From the human T2T-CHM13v2.0 reference genome, Homo sapiens: 64,000 bases of DNA. The first letter of the stretch is position 1; every line of letters begins with the position of its first letter. The DNA lies in assembly GCF_009914755.1 (NCBI RefSeq), contig NC_060929.1; one strand, 5' to 3'. Positions 57,880-64,000 of this stretch are shown here, piece by piece. The position numbers and the translations under genes are program-made. Under the pieces are notes generated by a model that was not told the DNA's origin, made no database searches, and saw only the letters and a list, made by a program, of their open reading frames with translations.

Positions 57880-58390
57880 CCCTCACGGACCTCAAGACAG
57901 AGGGTCACCTCCTCACCATGGTTTCAAGTCCTTTTGTGACATGGCCCCTGCCCACTCTCTGGCCGCATCTCTCTCCACACGTTCTCCTCATTCACTATGA
58001 TTCAGCCACACTGAACTGTTTGTGCTTTCCCATAAAGGCCATCTCTCTAGCCACCAGGCCTCTGCACTTGGAATTCCTTCCTCCTTCCTCCCTAACACCT
58101 ACATCTATCCCCTCACCTGGTTGACACCCAACGTCCATCCAAAATTATGACTCAGTTTGTCATCATTTCCACCAGGACACTTGCCCTGACTCTCTCAGTG
58201 CTTCCACAGGCCCCTTCACTCCCCAACCCTTATGCTTACCATACCATATTATAATTCCTTGTTTATGACTTTGTCTCCACAATTTGACATGAACCCCAGG
58301 AGGACAGGGATCCTCTCATTTACATCCTATCTCTAGAGCTGGCACAGAGCCTGACACTCATGAAGCACTCAAAAATATGCAGTGAATGCA
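57880..58390 (+). mobile_element. L2
   Basis: ggcctctgcacttgg...gaggacagggat...gcacagagcctgacac...gcactcaaaaatatg. Confidence 0.75.
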
Positions 58391-60109
58391 TGACACATGC
58401 AAAGTACAGAAGCAGCTCAGAGAAGGTGGCAACTAGCTAGGGGCTGCTTCGTGAAGGGGGTAGCCCCTGCCCAGGGCTTCACAGTGGACAGGAGTCCCCC
58501 AGGCTGGCAGTGGGAGGGCTCCATGACACCACCCCAGAGTTCTGGAGCTCCCTTTGGCACCCCCGTGATGTATAGCCGGCATTACAGCAAAGCCTAATTC
58601 TCTCATTCACCCCACCCATCTCCACCTGGGCCTCCCGGAGTCCACCTGGGGCTGGCCTGCCTGCATTCACAGGCTCCTGGTGCCTAGCAGTTTCCCAGAT
58701 CCAGATAGAAAATTTCTGCTAGAAGCTGCTAGAAATCAAACTACCCTTTCTAGGACATGCATAAAGCCTCATCTGGCTGCCTAGAGATGGTTTTTTGGGC
58801 GTCCTTATCTGGACTCTGCAGCAGTTGCCGGCATCAGGACAGACAGTTCCTTAGTTAATCATTCAAATAGGAGGTCTGAGTTACATTAAAATGATGGGAT
58901 CTGTAGCTGGAAAATACATTTGGAATGCCCTATGAAGCCTCAGCCTTCCCCTGCACACTCTCACCTCAGATCCAGGCTGCTGCTTGCAGGTGGAGGTGAG
59001 GCCCAGAACGAGGGAAAGGCCCGCAGGGGGCTGTTAGCTCCCCTAGAGTGCGGGCTTCCTCACCCTTGGAGTGCGCTGCCTGTGCGGACCTGTTTGTCCT
59101 GGGAGGGCCTTTTATCACCAGTGTCACACTACTAGTAATTCACAGGCAGAGATTCAAATCCACGCTGTCCGATGCAGAGCCCGTGCCCTTAACCATTATG
59201 CTCTATTGTCAAATGATGTTTTGAGACTAGATCTTCCTGTTCTCACTCTACCCTTTCCATGCTGCTTCACATCCTCCTTATGAGATGGAGGGCAAGGCCC
59301 AACCCCCTCCAGCCCAGATATTCCTCCCTCCCTACTCCATGCCAAGGCTAGAGTCAGGCCCACACCTGGGGGGCGCAGACCTGGGACAGCCCCTTGGCAG
59401 CAAGACTGTTCACATCAGTTCTGTGACCTCCTTCAGCTCAGCTCAGCTGAGGACACCACTGGATGGGCTGTCATTAAATCTGAGGACATGCTGGCGGGCA
59501 AGAGGACAAGGTTGTTGGAAAAATTGCCTCCAAGAGGCCAACACCAAATCTCACCCACCTCCACCTCCCAGTTTGTGGCTCAGAAAGATTTATGGTGCTG
59601 CACAGATGGGTCATTCTTGAGATAAAGTTCATAGATCTTGCAGCTGACAGGTCTTTTCAATCAGTGCTTCAGGAAAACTTCCACAGCTGATAAATGAGCC
59701 GTCACTAAAGCCTCAGCAATGGGCTCCTAAATGTCTCCATGGCTTAGGATTTCTCATTTATCCTGTAATAGGGACATCCACTGTTGATGCCAAATAGAGC
59801 AAGGAAGAAGGCTGGAGTGCAGTTGTGAGAGGAAGCCTTCCCTGCCCAGCCCTATTCTGGGACCCCACTCTGCATCCCCTCAGTAGATGCCAAGTGCACA
59901 GGGAGCATCCTTAGCACTCACTGACAAGAAGCCCTGCATACAGTCAGTACCCAGCCAAAATAACCTGCAGGGCAGATGCTAGAGGATGGACCAAAAAGAC
60001 CTGGACTTTTGGATCCAAGAAAGCAAAGTCCAAGCTGAGTGGTGGAGAGGAGGCCACATGGCATTTGGAGACATAAGGCTACAGGGACTCTCCACTATGG
60101 CCTCATTGG

Positions 60110-60547
60110 TAGTTGACCAGCTAATGTCCTTCTTTCTCCCAAGGCAAACTCTGAGTTTGTTTGGAGCAGCAGCATGCCCAAGTAAAAGTATTCATCTGCC
60201 CCAACTCACTTGCAGCTGGGGCACTATGAGAATGTAAAGGGTGCTGTATTAGGGATTTCTGAAAAGGTTTTGCTTTCCTGTCACAGGCACTCTCTTCCAC
60301 CTTCCCCTCCCCTTCTTTTTCATCCTGTTGTGCAAATGTCAGAATACCTATGGAGCACCTATCTCACAACATGCTAAGGATGGAAGAACAAGAAGACAGC
60401 AGGACTTGGGCACTGGGGAGCTGCTGTGCCAGCCCTGGAAAGCCAGCCTCTGGACCTGTGGTTATGTGAGCGAAGTAGCCCACTCTTTGGTTAAGCCACT
60501 GCAGTCATTTTGCTGTCACCTGGAACCAAATACAATCCTGGGTGATA
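60110..60547 (+). mobile_element. MLT1 (I/J/K-like) solo LTR, degraded
   Basis: cacttgcagctggggg...gctaaggatggaagaacaagaagacag...ggttaagccactg...aatcctgggtgata. Confidence 0.65.
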
Positions 60548-61529
60548 GAATCCAAGCCTGGAGAATTTCATTGACCTCCTTAACCTCTCTTGAGCTTCAG
60601 CTTCCTTATCTATATAAAGGGAATAAGATGATAATATTCGTTCCCCCCAGTAAACTACCCACTATGCACAGTCACCATGCAGAGTGTTTAGCCTGTGCCA
60701 CCCATGAATTGAGAAAGTGACAACAGGCAGAGACAGTGCACACAATAATACCTGCCAAGGCTACCCCACAGGACTTCTGAATCAGATGAGACCACATGGG
60801 AGATTCCTTAGTCATGTCCACACTTACACACATGCCTACCAAAGCCCACGTTCTCTGGTGTGCACAGAGTTGAAACCAAGAAGAGGCCCTACTCTAAAAG
60901 CAGGAAGTAAGCTCCTGCAACTCATGCCTTCCACCCCCTCAGAGGAAGAAGGAAAGAAAAAGGGATTTCATCACACTGTGCCAAATAGAGAGCAGCCAAG
61001 TGGCCACAGGTGAAACCAGGCCCTGCCAGATGGCTCCACTTGGGGCAACCTTCCGAAATAAGATTCTGCTTATCAAAGATCTAATGTTTTTTGAAAAAGA
61101 AAAGAGGTCCTAGGTGTATCTCCTGGCCCAGACAAGACCCTGGGACAGAGAGCTCGTCCTTTGTTGGTGCACCTTCCGTCCACACACACTCCAGCCCCTC
61201 GAGCATGCACGCAATCAGCACATCTCCAGCACCAGCACCCACCACCAGAGACTCAGAGTGCCTCATGCTGGAGGCCACTTCTGCCAGGCTGTGCCTGACT
61301 CCTGGGGCCTGAAGTGGCTGCCTTCTATGTTTTAGGGCCTTTTCATGTTCATCTCCACAAGCTCACAGACGTGGTGCATCATCCATATTTTATAGATCAG
61401 GGCCCTGGCTCTGAGAGGGGAGGAGACTCCTCAAACCCACCTGATCACCCTGCCTGAGCTCAGGCTTGAAGTCTCCTGACTCTAAAACTTCCCATCTGAA
61501 CCGCCATGCTGACCCGTCCTCTGCCAGAA

Positions 61530-61800
61530 ATGACTCTTGCTCTCTCTGTCTTACGCTCTCGCCCTCTCATTCTCTCTCTCTGGGTCTCTGCCTCTGTTTC
61601 TATATGGATGATATCTCTTCTTCCCTGGCCATGTGTGTGTCTTTTTTATGCTTCTGCCTCCCTGTGTTTGTGTGTGTGTCCATCTCTCACATTACGTCTC
61701 TTGCTCTGTGTGAGTCTCCCCCCGTTTCCACCGGTCTCTGTGTGTCTCTGTCTTTCCTGTTGCTCCCAGTGACTCTCGCTTGGGGGCATGTGTTTCCCCT
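61530..61800. repeat. CT/GT-rich low-complexity tract
   Basis: A-poor run of tctctc/tgtgtg blocks. Confidence 0.75.
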
Positions 61801-62239
61801 CCTCACCCACCCCTGCGCCCGCAGCAGACCAGACTGTACCTGTGTCTTTACCTGATCATGTTCTTTAGAAACTCAAACTTCCATGTCCACAGGGACCACC
61901 TGTTCTGTTAGCAGTTGCATCTCAAGTTCCCAGCAACACACAACATAGATGATGGATATATTCTTGTTGAAGGAGTAACTGTTGAACACACTGAAAAGGG
62001 AGAATGAAAGACTCCCAACACTGGGAAGGACACTGGGGTCTTTCCCAGAGGCAGCTGGGAACTAGGAATGGGAAGGAAAGAAAAACCGAGGAAAGGAAAC
62101 AGGTCTAAAGCCAAACTTTCCAGCCTTTAGCTTACAATTAGGAGATTCATCAAAACATTTTCATCATGTTCACTGGCAGGGTCCAGGGGTCTAATAGATT
62201 AACAACACGTGCAGCATAGCAGTCAAAAACTACTACCAC

Positions 62240-62360
62240 GGAAGATATGGGTTCAAATCCTTATTCCCCTCATCTCTCAGCCTCTCTGAGCCCCATCTCC
62301 TCGCCAGTCACATAGGAGCAAGAACAGGGCCTGGTGAGTGCAGTAAATGCTCATAAGGAC
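62240..62360 (+). mobile_element. MIR
   Basis: gggttcaaatcc...cagcctctctgagcccc. Confidence 0.6.
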
Positions 62361-64000
62361 ACACATTCCTTTATTTGACAGACAAGGAACCAGAGAGGGA
62401 AAAGGATGTGCTGCAGGTCACACAGCCAAGAACAAGGCCTCCTTCCACCCTAGGCCAATAGATGCCCTGACACCTGCTAAGGAGAGTTGCAGCCTCCAGC
62501 AACCCTGGGAGCCTGGAGCAACCTTTGAAGCTGGAGTGGCCACAGGGTGGGAATCTCAGAGAGACCAGCCCTGCCATGATGGGGGCCACCCCTCCTCTCT
62601 GTTCCACCCCGAGGGTCATGGCCCTCAGGCCTGCAGTCGCTGCCTTTCCTCAGCCCCAGAGCCCCCCGCCCCCCCTCCCCAGAGGCAGGTAGGCAGGCAT
62701 AGGCCCTGGAGCCTCCACTGGACTGATGGGAAACCTGGCTCGGCCTCAGGCACTAGTGGGCAGCTTTGGAGCTGCAAGTAGTCTAGAGAGAAAGCCACAT
62801 CAAAACTACCTAAGGACAAGAGCCAGGTGCCTCTCTACAGCTCCAAGCCCCAGTCTCCCAACGTGCAAATACATGGGCTGCACCTGACAATGTCTAAAAT
62901 CCCAGTCAGGGGCCCCTTCCCATGGGCACTGACCCTGGAGCAGTAGGAGAAGCTGTCTGAGCAGAAAGGGATAGACAATGGGGAATGCAGACTCCTATGT
63001 GAAAATGCAAACAGAACAGAATATATTTTTATTAAAGTAAAATAGCTTATTAGGGTCAAAAGACACTATTTGTAAACTATAGAAACATAAGTTGGTAGTA
63101 AAACCACCAAATATTAAATTACTCTGAAACTTCTCCTGTAAGGAGAAACCAGGCCAACAGCATAGTGGGGGAAATATGTGCGCCCTGAGACAAAGTCCTC
63201 ACTAGCCATCAAGCCCTCACTAGCCATCAGCCCCTCACCGGGCCTCTCCAAGGCCGGGCGAGGCCCAGAGCATATTGGCCCCAGGGGGGTCTCCAGCCTA
63301 GCTCTGGGATCTGCTTCCCTGCCCATCCTTGAGGGCCAGACGTTGGTGACCTCCTAGCTGCAGAATGCAGTCACAGGGTATGGTCTCTGGGATTTGAAGA
63401 TGACACAACTCAGCAAGCAGCTTCAGCAGGAGGAGGGGGCCTGCACCTCTTCTCAAGGGTCTGTTAATTAACTCCAGTAATCCTGTGAATTAGGCAGAGC
63501 GCCATGTGGTCATTTGCCTCCATGAGGTGTTATGGAGATTAACTGGAATTAAAGCATTCAGCACAGGGCCTGGCACACATCAAATGCAAAATAAATGCTG
63601 GCTGCTATGATTATTGAAACAACCGCAGCCTGAACCCTCTTCTCAGGCTGATGCTCAAATTCAATTATGGGTGAAAAGAGTTAGTAGGTTTCATCCAGGT
63701 GTGCTCCGCCTGCTCACAACACACCCTCAGATAAATGAATTCACCTTTGTGGGCCTCCTCTGTCCAGGGGCACAAATTCCTGCCCACCTGCTCGGGGTTT
63801 GTGGGGCTCAAAGAGGCCTGACCTCATTCTTCTGAACAGTCTAACTGCTCAACAGGAGCAGAGGATGAGTGGTGAGAGATGGGAGAACAGAGGCTCCAGC
63901 GGAGGCCAGCCCAGGAGAGGGGAGAGGAGTTGGAGGAAGGAAAGATACTGCCACCCGAGCCCTACTCACATGCCTTTCTTTGCTCTCCCATCAATTGTTC

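Overview
Primate (very probably human) non-coding genomic DNA. Roughly half is recognisable interspersed repeat: about 15 Alus, several L1 pieces, many L2 and MIR fragments, eight solo LTRs (THE1, MLT1, LTR33, LTR16) and a few hAT-type MITEs. I found no credible protein-coding gene, CpG island, tRNA, rRNA or snRNA. The only real protein remnants in the ORF track are decayed L1 ORF1/ORF2 pieces. I cannot identify the locus. The most notable non-routine structure is a ~190-bp, ~85%-identical inverted duplication of apparently non-repeat sequence (11660-11845 / 12861-13050), next to a CpG-retaining, motif-rich candidate enhancer. Also present: two L1s with twin-priming inversions, a site hit three times by Alus, nested insertions, and several short local duplications that multiply transcription-factor-like motifs (homeodomain+CRE, tandem octamer, MEF2-like, RUNX). 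I see no evidence for a new multi-gene system. Repeat subfamily names and old-repeat boundaries were assigned by eye and are approximate.
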